64,000 nucleotides of DNA from Scenedesmus sp. PABB004 (taxonomy: Eukaryota), in the NCBI GenBank assembly GCA_014905635.1, contig JABVCE010000002.1:1-64000 (forward strand), written 5' to 3'. Below the pieces are notes generated by a model. It was given only the letters and a program-made list of their open reading frames with translations. It was not told the origin of the DNA and ran no database searches. The position numbers were made by a program, and so were the translations under genes. This document shows positions 46,478 through 59,046 of this stretch, in pieces; the stretch's first letter is position 1; each line of letters starts with the position of its first letter.

Positions 46478-47242
46478 GGCGGCGAGGGCTTTGAGTTTGG
46501 CGTGGACCCGAGCCTCGACCCGGAGCTCGCGCTGGCGCTGCGCGTCTCGCTGGAGGAGGAGCGCGCGCGCCAGGCCGCGGCGCAGGCCGCCGGCGGCGGC
46601 GCCGAGGGCGGCGAGGGCGCGCCCGCGCCGGCCGCCGCCGCGGGCGGCGAGGCGCCCGCCGGCGGCGCGGCTGCAGCTGCAGCCGGCGGCGCCGGGGGCG
46701 ACGGCATGGAGCTGGACGAGGACGCGCTGCTGCAGCAGGCGCTGGCGATGTCCATGGCGGTGAGGGGGCGGGCGGCGCGCCGGGGGCCGCCGGCGGGCCC
46801 AGCGCTCAGCAGCAGCCGCAGCGCTGCGCGCCCGACGCCCTGCAACGCGTGTGCGCGCGCGCAGGTGGACGAGCCCGCGCCGCCCGCGGGGCCCACGCCC
46901 GCGGCGCCGAGCAAGCCGTCCGGCGGGCGCGACGCGCCGATGATCGACGGCGACCTCGACGACGACCTGCAGAAGGCGCTGGCGCTGTCGATGCAGGCGC
47001 GGCGGCGCGCCCGGCGGCCGCCGCCGCGCGCGCGCACGGCACGAGCGGTCCCCCGACGCCGCCGCTGGCGCCCCCGCCGCGCCGCGCAGGAGGTGGTCGA
47101 TACGCCCGCCGCCGGCGCCGCGCCCGACGCAAGCGCCGCGATCGCGGGCCTGCCGGGCGTCGACCCCAACGACCCAGCCGTGCAGGCGGCGCTGCGCGGC
47201 GTGCAGGGCAAGGACGGCGACAAGGACAAGGAGGCCAAGTGA
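45581..47242 (+). CDS. RPN10: 26S proteasome ubiquitin receptor RPN10/PSMD4 (vWA plus 3 UIM)
   Basis: MEATIVCIDNSEWTRSGDYAPTRF, LALKHRQNKNQRQRI, GVDPSLDPELALALRVSLEEE, LPGVDPNDP. Introns 45941-46075, 46277-46423, 46760-46864, 46997-47089. TGTAA 47276-47280. Confidence 0.97.
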
Positions 47243-47524
47243 CGCGCCGCGCGCGCTGCAGCGGCAGGCGGTTGGTGTAACGGGCCGCGCCGGGCGTGGC
47301 GAGCGTGCTGCCTGCCACAGCTCCGCCCATTGTGCATGCCCGGCGGCGCGCAGCCCGAGAGCAGTCGCCGCCGTCCGCCGGGCGCGCTGGTCAATCCCCG
47401 CCCCAGCGCAGCTCCAGCAGCAGCAGCGTCGCTGAGACCGTCTGCTACGCTCGCGGACCAGCCCTGCGAGCACGTCAGCGTCTCAGCAGCGCCTCTGGCG
47501 GGGATTGCAGCGGCCGCGCAAAAC

Positions 47525-50500
47525 ATGGGCGCTGACGCGCGCTCGCGGCCGTGCAGCGCTCAGGCGCGTGGCCTTGAGGCAGGCGGGTCACTCCCCTCGC
47601 GATGGGCCCACGCACAGCCGTCGCCGCCGCCGTGGCCGCAGGCGCCGGGCAGCGCGCTCTGCAGCGGGCCTGGAGAGCGCGCGGCGGCCTTCCTCGCGGC
47701 GCACCGCCCCAGCTCACCGGCCCGGACGCGGCCCAGCTCCCCATCACCTGGCGCCGGCGGCGCGGCGCCGCACCTGGCCACGGTGCGACGGTCAAGCGCG
47801 GCGGCAGCGGTCGCGCTGCCGGGCTGCGCTGGACACCTCGCCGCCCAGCGCCCACCGCCCGCGCGCAGGTCGACGACGCGCTGGCCTTCTTCGCTGAGCG
47901 GGGGCTCGACGCCGCACCGCGCCTGGTGCACTGCATCCCGGTTGGCGGCGAATCCTCGCCGTTCTCGCTCGCCGTCGCGCCGCGCGGCGCCGCGCTGCCG
48001 GCGAGCCGCGCGACGGTCACCGCGGCGGGCGTGGTGGTGGTGCACGGCGATGCCTCCGGCGGCGCCGCCTGCGAGCACACGCCCGTGGGGCGGTGGGTGC
48101 GCGGCGCGAGCATGCACGCGACGCTGTGCGCGCTGCGCGCGGCGGCCGCGCTGTCGGCGGGCGCCGCGCTCTCGCGCTGGCGCGCCAACGTGCGCCGCGC
48201 GGCGTTTGTTCGCGCGCGGGAGGCGCTCGCGCGACGGCTGCTCCCCCTCCGGCCCGCGTTCCTGCGAAGCCTGGTCGAGGCGCGCGCGAGGCTCGCGGCC
48301 CTGCGCGACGCGGGCGCGCTCGGCCCGCTGCCGCCGGCCGGCGCCGGCGCGCCTTGGCGCCTCGACGCGCTCGTCGGCGCGCAGCGCGAGCACCAGCAGT
48401 CGCGCCTCGCGCCGCTGCTCGCGCGCACGGTCGGCGGCGTCGTGGCGGACGCCGTCGCGCTCGCGGCGCGGCTGCAGGGCAGTGAGGCGGCGCTCGGCCG
48501 CGAGCTCGAGCAGTACACCAGGGACCGCTCGGGCGGCGCGGGCGCGGGCGGGAGCACCGTCAAGTTTGCGGCGCAGCGGGACGCCGCCGCGGCCAAGCAC
48601 GCGGCGGCGCTCGCCGACCTGCGGCGCCTGCCCGCGCTGCTGCGCCTGCAGTCGCTGCTCGCCATGCAGGCGCGAGGGCGGGCGGGCGGGGGGGGGGGGG
48701 GAGGAGGGGGGGGGGGCGCCCGTACGCGCGCCGCGTGCACTCTCGCCGCCCCGGGCCGGCCTGCCGGCGATGGCCCAGCGCGCCGCCGCCGCCGCCGCCG
48801 CCGCCGCGCAGACCTGCCTTGACCTGCTGCTGGACGCGGCGGCGGGGCTCAAGGCCCATGTTGAGGGCGGTGGCCTCACGGTGGAGCTGCTCCTGGAGCC
48901 AGGCGGCGTGCGGCTGAGCCCCGACGCGCAGGCGCTCATGCGGGTGCGCCGGCGGGCCGCGGGGCGGTCAACGTGCAGCAGCGAGGCGCCCCGCCCTGCG
49001 GCCGCTCCACGTGCCCCGCCCCACGTGCCCCGCCGCCCGCAGGGCCTGTCCAAGGGCGTGATCGAGCAGCTGGTGGGCGTGCTCAAGGCTGCGCCGCGGC
49101 CGCTGCGCCACCCCACGCTTGCCGCACTCCTGCGCGACCCCGTCGCAAGCACCGTCACCAGCGGCGCCGTCAGCGCGGCCGCCGCCGCGGCGCGCCAGTC
49201 GACGACGTGCGCCGGCGGCCCGCATGGGCCCGGCCGCGGCGAAGCGGCGGCGCGGCGCGTCAGCAGCAGCAGCCTGGCGCTCGGCCCCGCAGCGGCGGGC
49301 GGCGAGCGCCGCGCGAGCGCCGCCAGCACCGCGGCGAGCGGCGGCAGCGGCCCCGCTGCCGCGGCGGCGCTCGTCGCGGCCGCGGCCGCCGCGCCGGCGC
49401 CGCTGCCCGCGTGGCTCGCGGAGCGCGAGGACGGCGGCGGCGGCGAGGGTGGGGCGCTGCTGCTGATGCTCGTGGGCTCGCAGGAGCTGCAGGACCTGCG
49501 CCGCGCGATGGACCAGCAGGCGCGCCGGGTGGCGGGCGGCCCCGGCCGGCGGCGCTGGCTGGCTGCGCGCGCAGCTGCAGCTGCCCAGCTGGGGCCGGGG
49601 CCGGCGCAGACCGCCCGCCGCCGGTGCCGTGCCGCCGCCAGATCATGCGCAGCTACCGGGAGGCCGGTGCCGTGACCGACGCGCTGGGCGAGCTGGCCGC
49701 GCTGCAGCGCTTCGTGGCGAGCTTCGACGCAGCCGCCTACAAGGCACAAGGCGCCCGCACCGTGGCGCAGCTGCGCCGCGACGCCGCGCTGCTCACGTGC
49801 GGCCGGGCGCGGGCTCGGGCCGCGCGCGTGCGCGACGGGCGCCGGCCAGCCGCCGCCGCGGCCGCCACCGCCGCGGCGCAGGGAGTGGGCGGCGCAGCTG
49901 TCGGCGGTCGCGGACGCACGGGGCGTGGGCGTGCTGGCGCTGCAGACGACGTCCCTGCGCGCCGCAATTCAGTCAAAGCTCGGCGCAGCGCAGGCGGCCG
50001 TGACCATCATGCTCGTCGCGGCGGCGCGGCGCGAGGCCCAGGCGGCCGCCGCGGCGCTGCACGCGCTCACGCGGTGCGCGCCGCCGCGGGCGGCGGGCGC
50101 CCACGCCGCTGCGGCAGCCGCAGCGCGGCGTGCCCGCCCTGGCCCCGGCCGGCGCACCCCGCTCACCCCACCGCCGCCGCCGGCCGCAGCGAGCTGGGCG
50201 CGCAGCCCACGCACCTGCGGCAGTTCACCGCCTTCTGCCAGCGCGTGCGCGAGCTTGCCGCAGACAGGGACCGGCTCGCCGGGCTGCGCGTCGCGCAGGT
50301 CTCGGAGCTGCAGGCCGTCGCGGCGGGCTGGGCCGGCGGCCGCCTGCCAGGTCACGCCAACCAGGCGCTGCTGGACGACCTGCGCGACGCGGCGGCGGGG
50401 TTTGGTCGCGCCCTCACGGCCGCCCGCGCGTTTGTCGATAGCCGGCACGCCGGCCTGGCCGCGGTGCTGGACCAGCAGGCCAGGGACGTGCTGCGCCGCG

Positions 50501-50759
50501 CGCAGGAGCTGCTGGCAGCGCTGGGGCGGCCGCCGCAGCGCAGCGCGCGGGCGGCGCAGCCGCGCCGGCCGCCGGTCTCGCCGAGGCGCGCGCCGAGCTC
50601 GGCGGCGTCGCCGCGGCCGCCGCGGACGTGAACGCGTGCGAGGCCCAGCTGGGCGTCAAGCCGACGCGCTTTGCCGACGCGCTGGGCGAGGCCGGGCGGC
50701 TGCTGGCGGGGCTGGACGGAGGAGGGGCAGGCGCGGAGCGCGGCGGCGGCGGCGGCTGA
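47525..50759 (+). CDS. Protein resembling the N-terminal tail of axonemal inner-arm dynein heavy chains, without a motor domain
   Basis: SPFSLAVAP..ATVTAAGVVVV..EHTPVGRWVR, SRWRANVRRAAFVRAREALARRLL, LGAQPTHLRQFTAF, VNACEAQLGVKPTRFADAL. Similarity is from memory. Needs a +1 G near 50525. Confidence 0.5.
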
Positions 50760-51364
50760 CCGCCGATTCTGCGGGCCGCTTGTTACAGGCGGCGGCGACC
50801 GCGTCGTGTACAGCGAAGCGAGCACACACCCAAACCCGGCGCCCCCGCGCGCCAGCGGCAGGCGGCGGACGGCGCCGGCGCTCCAAATCGTCGACCGTGC
50901 AGCTCGAAGGGCACTTGAACCGCAACCGCGAGGCGGAACTCTCTGATCAAAAAAGGCGCTCCGCGCGCAGCCTAGCGGAGAGAGTGCAGGCTCCAGGCTC
51001 CAGCGCCAGCCGGCAGGCCGGGAGGCCCGGTGCGGCGCACGCAACGCCCGGCGGCAGGGCGCGGGTCCCAAACGATTGTTTGCTAGCGAGGCACACGCAG
51101 CAGCAGCGCGCCGCCGCGGCCGCCGCGGCCGCGGCTGCGCGCTGCTGAAAGGGACCCCAGGGGGAGCGCAGCGCAGGGGAGAGAGAGGGAGAGGCCGCCA
51201 TGATGTACAGAGGAGAAGCAGACGCCGTGGATGTACACGGCGCCCCGCCGCCCGCGGGCGGGCCGCAGAGGGGGCGCGGCGCGGCGCGCGCGCGCCGCGC
51301 GGAAAATCGCGCCCCCGCCTGCTGCGGCCGCCGGGGGCGCGCCGGGCGCCGGGCGCTGGCTGGC

Positions 51365-52007
51365 TCACTGCTGGTGGCGCAGCTTCTTCATGCGCTTCTT
51401 GAACTTGTGCTGCGCGGGCAGCAGCAGGGGGCAGCGGCGGAGCAGGGGGCGGCGCGTCGGCCCAACCGGCGCGCGCGCACTCCGCCACCACCAGCGCCGG
51501 CCGGCGGCGGCAATGGCGCGCCGCGGCGCGCGCGTGCGGCGCGGGCGGCGGCGCCGCTGCTCGGCGCGCGCGATCGCGGCGCACCTTTTTGATCTTCATG
51601 CGGCGCTTGCGCTTCACGCTGTCCGCCAGCAGCCCGTCCTCCTCGCCCGGCTCCGCCTCCAGGGCGTCCAGGTCGGCCGGGCTCAGCGCGGCGCCCAGGG
51701 GCGCGAGCCCGAGGCGCTGCGGCAGCAGCTGCACGCCGTGCGGCGTGAAGGAGGCGCTGAAGCTGCCGCGGTGGGGCAGCAGGCTGCGCGCGGTGGAGAG
51801 CTCCAGCAGCAGCGCGTGCCGCGAGCCCGAGGGGTGCGGGAGCTCCCAAAAGCTCGACGAGCTCATCCGCCGCGCGCCGCCAGCGCCGGGGCAGGCGCCC
51901 GCGACGCCGGGGATCGCGGCCTCACCGCCCGGCACGGCGCCGGCGCGCGCGAGGCGGGCCATGCGGGCGAGGAGCGGGGCCCCGCCCGCGCGAGCGGGGC
52001 CGAACAT
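51365..52007 (-). CDS. Mitoribosomal small-subunit protein mS38 / Cox24 (DUF1713) family
   Basis: C-terminal ADSVKRKRRMKIKK|HKFKKRMKKLRHQQ* joined across one GT-AG intron; Arg-rich presequence. Confidence 0.85.
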
Positions 52008-52299
52008 GCCGCCGCGTGAAGCGCCTGTCGCGAGGGCAGCGCTGAGATTAGGGGAAGGATCAAGGGAGGGCGCGGCGCGGGCAACGGCCCTGCGCGTGGC
52101 GGGCTGGGGGCGTGCGGGCTCTCGCTGGGCGCGGAGGGTGGCGTCGTGTGTGCGGACGGGCGCCAGGCCGGGTGGCAGCGCGGCAGCGGCGCGGCGGCGG
52201 CGCAGCTGAAGCGCGGCGCTTCAGGCCGGCCGGCGCGCGCCGTCACACCCGTGCGCGCGGCGCGCGCGCAACCGCAACTCGGGCCCTCCAGCCCCTCCA

Positions 52300-55200
52300 C
52301 TACGCGGCGCCGCTGGTCTCCGGCGGCGGCGCGGGCAGCACGCCGCCGTCGCTCGGGTGCGCGTGCGGGGGCGCGTCCCCCTGCTGCTGCTCCGCGCCGG
52401 GCTGCTGCTCCGCGGGCGCCTGCGCCGGCGGCCCGCACTGCTCCTGCTGCTGCGCCGGCGGCGCCGGGGGCGCCTGCTCCAGCGGCGGCTGGTCCGGCTG
52501 CGCCGCGGGCTGCTCCGGCGCCGCCGCGCCAGCTGCCTGCTGCTGCTCACTGGCAGGGGCAGGTGGCGGCTCGGCAAACCCCGCCACCGCCGCCTGCCCC
52601 GGGCCGGGCTGCTCCTGCTGCGGCTGCTGCGACTGCGGCGGCTGCGGCTGCAGCAGCCGCTGCTCCGGCCCGCCGCCCAGCGCGGCGCCCGGCGCCGGCC
52701 CCTGCTGCGGCTGCTGCTGCGCGAGGCCGGCCGCCCCGCCCCCGCCGACGAGCGCCGACACGCCGACCATCTGCATGCTCGCCAGCGTCGCGCCCTGCTC
52801 CTGCGCCGACAGCCGCTGCGGCGGCGGCAGGCCCGCGGCCGCGGCCGCGCCCGCGCCTGCCGTGGCTGCTGACACCGCGATGCGCGCCGCGGCCGCAGAC
52901 GCGGCCCGCGACGCCTCGAGCACGGCGGGGTCGGTCGCGGCCGCCAGGCCCGGGTTGGGCACGGCCGCGTCCCTGCCGCCAGCCGCCGTCGGCTCTGCTG
53001 CGGCCACTGCAGCCTCGGCCGCGGCAGGCGCCGCCGCGTCGGCCGGCGGCGCCGCGGGCTCCGCCGCGCCAGCCTCGGCCGCGGCGGGCTCGGCCGCGGC
53101 GGGCTCTGCCGCGCCAGCCTCGGCCGCGGCGGGCTCGGCCGCGGCGGGCTCGGCCGCGGCGGGCTCCGCCGCGCCAGCCTCGGCCGCGGCGGGCTCGGCC
53201 GCGGCGGGCTCCGCCGCGCCAGCCTCGACCGCGGCGGGCTCGGCCGGCGCTGGGCCGTGCGGGGCGGGCACAGCCGGCGCTGCGCCGTCCGCGGCGGGCA
53301 CAGCCGGCGCTGCACCGTCTGCTGCCGCGCCGCCGTCCGCTGCGGCCGCGCCGCCGTCCTCCGCGACAGCCGCGCCGCCGTCCGCCGCGACAGCCGCGCC
53401 GCCGTCCGCGGTCGCGCTCGCGGCCGCCGCGGCGCCGCCCTCGCCGTCGGCGGCGCGGCCGCCGCGGGCAGCGGCTTGACGAGCAGCTGCGTGCCCGGGA
53501 AGATGAGCATGCGCAGCTCCTTCTTCACGCCCGCCTGCTGCTCCTCGGGCATGTGCGCAAAGCCAAAGCCGTGCACCCACGTGTTGAGCGCCGCGTCGGC
53601 GGCGGGCAGCGCGAGCGCGCGCACGCCGAGCTGCACCAGCGTCGCCTCGATCGCGCGCACGAGCACGCGCGCGTGGCCCAGGCGCCGCGCGTCGGGGCGC
53701 GTCGCGACGAGCGGCAGCTCCGCGAGCTGCTCCCCAAACACGCGCACGACCGCCGCCGCGACGGCGCGGCCGTTGAAGCGCAGCAGCACGGTCAGCATGT
53801 TGCTGAAGTCCCACTCGCGGTACGCCTGCGTGACATCAGGCGGCGCGCGGGCGGCGCGTGGGCGGCGCGCGGGCGGCGCGCGGCGGCGCGCGGGCGGCGG
53901 GAAACGGGCGGCACGCGGCGCTCGGGCGGCGCGCGGGCGCACCCTGGCCTGGATGATGAGTGGCAGCAGGTCTGTGTTGTTGGTCGCGTCCATGATGGGG
54001 TCAAAGCTGCCCTGCAGGATCGACATGCACGCGCGCATCGACATCTCAACCTGCGCCGGCGGCGGGGCGCCCGCGGCGGCGGGGACAGCGTCAGCGGGGG
54101 CGGCGCCGGCGGCGGGGACGGCGCCGGCGGCGGCCGCGGGGGAGGCGGCGGCGGACGGGCGCGCGGCGGCGCGCGGCGCGCGGCGCGCGGCGCGCGGCGC
54201 GCCGCTCTCACCCGGCCGGCGCTGTGCTTGCCGCGCAGCACGTGCCAGCTGTGCTCGCCGTGCGGGCCGATCGACATCTCGCCCGCGGCCACGAGCGCGC
54301 CGAGCTGCGCCTTGATCGACGTGCACGCGGCACCGCAGAACCAGTCGCCCTCGGGCAGCTGCGGCGCGGCGCAGGGGTCGGCGCGGCGCGGCGCGGAGGT
54401 CGGCGCGGCGCGCCGCGGCAGCACCGCGCCGGCGGCGGCACCACGTCAGCGGGGCCTCACTCACCGCCTTGAGGTCTGCCGCGCCGGCGTCGCGGAGGCA
54501 GCCGACGTGGAACTCGCGCTCGCAGGTGTCGCAGATCATGATCGTGCGGTCGCCAAACGCGCCACGCAGGAAGTCAGGCTCGTGGCAGAGCACGCACCCC
54601 GCGCCGAGGCCGTCGGTGTCGTGCACCACCTCGGGCGGCCTGCCGCGCGGGCGGGGGCGGCGCGGGCGCGTGGTGAGCGGCGCGCGGGGACGCGCCGCGC
54701 GCCGTCAGGGAGCGAGGCGGCGCGGCGCGGGGCGGAGCGAACAACGCACGTGCGCGGCGAGGCGGCGCGCGCGCGGCGGGCGGCGGCGCGGCGGCGGTGC
54801 ACCCACCCGCTGAACTCCTCCACGCCCTCGTCGTCGTCGTAGTCGCCAAACAGCGCCTTGCGGCTGGCCGCGCGCCGCGCGTAGTCGACGCCCTGGCGGT
54901 GCGAGAGAGGAGGCGGGAAGGGAGGGTGTCAGGCTGAGCCGGGCGCGCGGGGTCCGCCGGCAGGCGGGCGCAAGGTGGCCGCCGCCAGGGGCCGCAAGAG
55001 GCTTTGAGCCGCACCTTGCGCGCCACGAGCGGCGCGACGCCGCCGCCGCCGTCGCCAACGGGCAGGCGCTCCGCGAGGCGGCGCAGGCTGGTGCCGTCTG
55101 CTGTGAAGATGAAATCGTAGGGCGCCCGCCGCGCGCCGCGCCCGCGTGCGCCTCAAACTGGCTGCAGCTCACGACCTGGACAGAGGGAGAAGGGCGCGCG

Positions 55201-55873
55201 GCGCGGGCGCGGACGCGGCCGCGTGTGAGGCGGCGCGCGGGAGGTGCAAAGGGAGTGCGGCAGGGAGGGAGGGGCGCGCGCGCCGCCGGCCGTCGCTCGC
55301 GTGGGGGCGCGGGAGGGGCGCGCGGGGGAGCGGCAGCGCAGTGCTCAGCGCGCGGCACGCACACACGCACACACCTGGTTGCAGCAGTCGCAGCGAATGC
55401 CGCTCACGCCGGCGGGGTTGATGACCGCGACGCCGCTGCGCAGCAGTGTGCCGTCCACGGCCGTCTTGTACGACAGCTCCTGCCCGTCCTCGAGCGCGCC
55501 AGGGCCGCCGCTGAAGAGGTGCTTGTGCTTGTTGTTGTTGCGCTCGCGCCGTGCGCCTGCGGGCGGGCGCGCGGGCGGGCGGGCGGGCGGCGGCGGCGCG
55601 GTGTCGCGGTCGCGCGGTCGCGCGGCGCCCGGGGCGCCCCGCCCTCGCGCCCGCCCGCGCGGCCCGGCGCGCACCCGAGCCGCCCATGCGCTGCGGGCAC
55701 ATCATCTTCACGCGCCCGCTGTCGGCAAACCCCTCCAGCGCGTCCAGTTCGTCCAGGCTCAGCCCGCTGCCAAAGCTCCCGCTGCGGCCGCGCCCGCGGC
55801 CGCGGCCGCGCCCGCGCGCGAGGCCGCCGCCCCAGCCGCCGCGGCCGCGGCCGCGCCCGCGGCCGCGCCCCGG

Positions 55874-55906
<33 letters not shown>

Positions 55907-58900
55907 GCCGCGCGACGCCGCCGCGAGCGCGGCCGCCGCGTTGCGCGCCGACGCTCGCGCCGAGGCGCGCATGGGGATGCCCGGCACGCCCACCGCGCCG
56001 GGCAGCACGACTGCGCTGCCCAGCCGGTTGTAGCCGGGCGGCGCCACGGGCGGCAGCCCCGCGGTCGCCGCGCCTGCGCAGCGGGCGCAGGCGCGCCCAG
56101 GGGCAGCTCAGCGCGGCGGGCGCGCCGGCGCGCGGCGCTGCGCTGCGCCGCGCTCCTCCCCTGCGCCGCGCGCGCCGCCGCCGCGCGCACGCACCGGCCT
56201 GGCGCGCCTCCTTGAGCTGCTGGCGCACCGCGTCCATGCCGCGCTGCGTGGCCTTGAAGACCTCGCTGTCGCGGTAGCCGGGCGGGTCGCGCCCCGCCTG
56301 CGGCCGGCGCGCGCGGGGCGTGGGCGCCCGCACCTGCGCCCGCGCCCGCGCCTGACCGGCGGGCCGCCGCGCGGCCGCCGCGGAGCCCGCCCGCGGCGCG
56401 CCGCGCCGCCGCGCACCTGCACGCAGGCGGGGCAGAACCACTCGCCCGCGGGGACCTCGGCGAGGCCGAGGCACGGCGTCGGGTGGTATGCGGCGGGGCA
56501 GCCGTCGCAGCACATGAGGTCGCCGCCGTTGCGGCACTGCACGCAGTAGTTGATGTGCGTGTCGGTGAAGTCGCTGTTCACGAGCGTGCCGAGCTCCTTG
56601 AGGCTGAGGTTGAAGGCGCTGAGGTAGGTGAACTGCGCCGGGCGGCGCACCTGGCAGGCCGGGGCGCGGCGCGCGGCGCGCGGGCGCGGCGCGCGCGACG
56701 TGGGGCGGGGCGGGCGCGGGCGGCGCTCCGCGGCGCGGCGTGCGGCGGCGCGGGGCGGGGCGGCGTGCGGGCCGCGCCGCGCGCGCCTTGCTGCCGGCGT
56801 GCTCCTCGAAGATGCTGTTGGGGATGCGCAGCGCGCCGTTGCAGCGCGTGCAGAAGCAGGTGATGTTGCCGTCGTCCGCGACCGTGCCGCGCAGCAGCTG
56901 CACCCCGCCGCCGCCGCCCATGCGCCGGTACTCGACCGCCTCGCCTGCCAGGCAGTGCGGCGGCGCGGCACGTCAGCCCGCGGCGGCAGCGGCCCGCTGG
57001 CGCGCGGCGTGCGGCCGCGAGCGCGCTGCGCGCGCGCGCGCCGCCCGAGCCGCAGCGTGCGCGCGCCTCACCGGTGAGCGCGCCGCACTTCAGCAGGTGG
57101 GCAACCTTGTAGGCGCCATTGGGGACGGGCACCTCTGCCAGCGCCGCCCGCACCTTTTCTGCCAGCGCGTTGCACTTGACGTGCCACGACGACGCGCCGC
57201 CCCCGTCGGGCGCGCCGGCGCCGCCCCCGGCTGCCGCGGCGGCCGCGGCGGCGCCTGGGTCGTCGCCGGCCGCGCCGCCGGCGCCGCCACCGCCCGCGTC
57301 GCCCGCTGCGCCCTCGCCCTCCACCTTGGCCGCCGCCGCGGGCGCCGCGCTGGCGCCGCCCGCCTCCGCCTCGACGGCGGGCGGCGCCGCAGCCGGCGGC
57401 TGGCTGCCTGCCTGCCCGCCGGCCTGGCCGGCCGCCAGAGCCGCCGCTGCGGCGCCGTCCTGCCCCGCCGCGGCTGCACCGCCCGCCGCGTCGGCCATCT
57501 CCGCATCGCCACCGCCGGGCGCGTTGGCGGCTGCTGCGGCCGCGCCGTCGCCAGCATCCGACGCCTTGCGCTTGCGTGTTGCGCGCGGCCCCGCTGCGGC
57601 CGGCTTCTGCTGCTTGGCGGCCGGCGCGCCGCCCGCCGCGTCGCCCGCTGCGCCCGCCGCGCCGCCAGCTGCCGCGCTGCCAGCTGCCGCGCTGCCAGCT
57701 GCCGCGCTGCCAGCTGCCGCGCTGCCAGCTGCCGCGCCGCCAGCTGCCGCGCTGCCAGCTGCAGCGCTGCCAGCTGCCGCGTCGCCGGCCGCCGCATCGC
57801 TGGCGCCCGCCGCCGCCTTGGCCGGCCGAACGCGGACCCTGCCGGCCTTGGCGCCCGACTTGGCGAGCGCCTGCTCGGCGTCGGCCGCGTCGGACGTGGC
57901 CCCGGGCTTGGCCTTGCCCGACGCGGCCTTCCCAGGCGTGGGCTTGGCGGGCGCGGCCTTGGCGGGCGTGGGCTTGCCCGGCGTGGGCTTGCCCGGCGCG
58001 GCCTTGGCGGGCGTGGCCTTGGCCTTGCCGGGCGTGGCCTTGCCCGGCGTGGCCTTGGCGGGCGTGGCCTTGGCGGGCGTGGCCTTGCTCGGCATGGCCT
58101 TGGCCAGCGCGGCCTTGGCTGCGGGCGTGGGGTCCTGCTCGCCGGCCTCCGAGCGCCTGCCGCGCGACTTGCCTGCGCTCGTGGCGGCGCCGGGTTTCTT
58201 GTCCGCCGCGGCGCCCCGCTTCCTGGGCGCCGCTGCCGCCGGCTGCGCGCCGTCCTCGCCCGCCGCCGCGTCGCTGCCGCCCAGCGGCGCCTCGCCGGCG
58301 GCGCTGCCGGCCGCGCCGCCGCCGCCCGTGGCCGCCGCGGGCGCAGAGCGCCGCCGCTTGTCGACGCGCCCCCCGCCGGCGGCGCCGCTCTCGCGGGGGC
58401 GCTTCGGCGGGCGCGGCGCGCTCGCGGGCGCGCCCGCAGCGGCGCCGGCCTCGCCCGCCGCCGCCGGCGCGGCGCCTGGCGTGGCGGCGCGGCGCGGCCG
58501 GCCGGCGGGCGCGTCGGCCGCGCCGGGCCAGTTTGCGTCGATCGCGAGGCCCTTCAGCTCCTTCGCCGACACGCGGCGCCCGCGCGGCGCCCGCGCCGCC
58601 TTGGGCGCCGCCGCGGCGCCGTCGGCCGGCGCTGGCGGCGGCTGCGCGCCGCCGCCGCCGCCGCCCGCGCCGTCGCCGCCCGCGCCCGCGTCGCCCGCGT
58701 CGCCCGCGCCGCCTGCGCCGGCCGCGCCCGCGGCGTCGACGTCCATCGGCTCCGGCGGCGCGCCCGCGGCAGCAGCCGCGGCCGGCTCGGGCGGCGGCGG
58801 CGCGCCGTCAGCAGCAGCGGCGCCGCCGCTGCTGCCCGCGCCGCCGCCGCACGGCGCGTCCCCGCCCTGCGCGCCGTCCCCCGGCGGCGTCGCGTCACTG

Positions 58901-59046
58901 GCCACGCCCTGGGCGCCCGCCACGGCGCTGGGCTGGCCCCCCGCAGCGCCTGGGGCGACGGTTGTGGCGGGCGCCGGGACCGCCGCGCCGCCCTGCTCGC
59001 TGGCGGCCTCGCCGCGCTCCACGCCCTCGCCCTCGCCGTCCGCCAT
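52300..59046 (-). CDS. IDM1/ROS4-family chromatin protein: two Tify-binding-like Cys/His domains, two PHD fingers, GNAT acetyltransferase
   Basis: ITCFCTRC..FEEHAG; CVQCRNGGDLMCCDGCPAAYH..WFCPAC; GIRCDCCNQ|VVSCSQFEAHAG; CVLC..RTIMICDTCEREFHVGC..WFC; RVFGEQLAELPLVAT..LALPA..TWVHGFGF..FPGTQLLVKPL. Two apparent 1-bp deletions (near 55140 and 53455); start may lie further upstream. Confidence 0.85.
53050..53245 (-). repeat. Coding 15-bp tandem repeat (AEPAA / AEAGA)n
   Basis: Repeated ggctcggccgcggcg units in the last exon of the IDM1-like gene. Confidence 0.85.
57660..57780 (-). repeat. Coding 15-bp tandem repeat (AAAGS)n
   Basis: gctgccagctgccgc repeated about 8 times. Confidence 0.9.

Noticed and set aside
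50731..50787. Extra GC-AG intron extending the dynein-like gene past its TGA
   Set aside because: 57 nt is well below other introns here (about 90 nt or more), no motor motifs follow, and the TTACA may instead be the mS38 poly(A) signal.
11579..59046. SUVH and IDM1-like genes as an epigenetic gene cluster
   Set aside because: About 35 kb apart with a dozen unrelated genes between.
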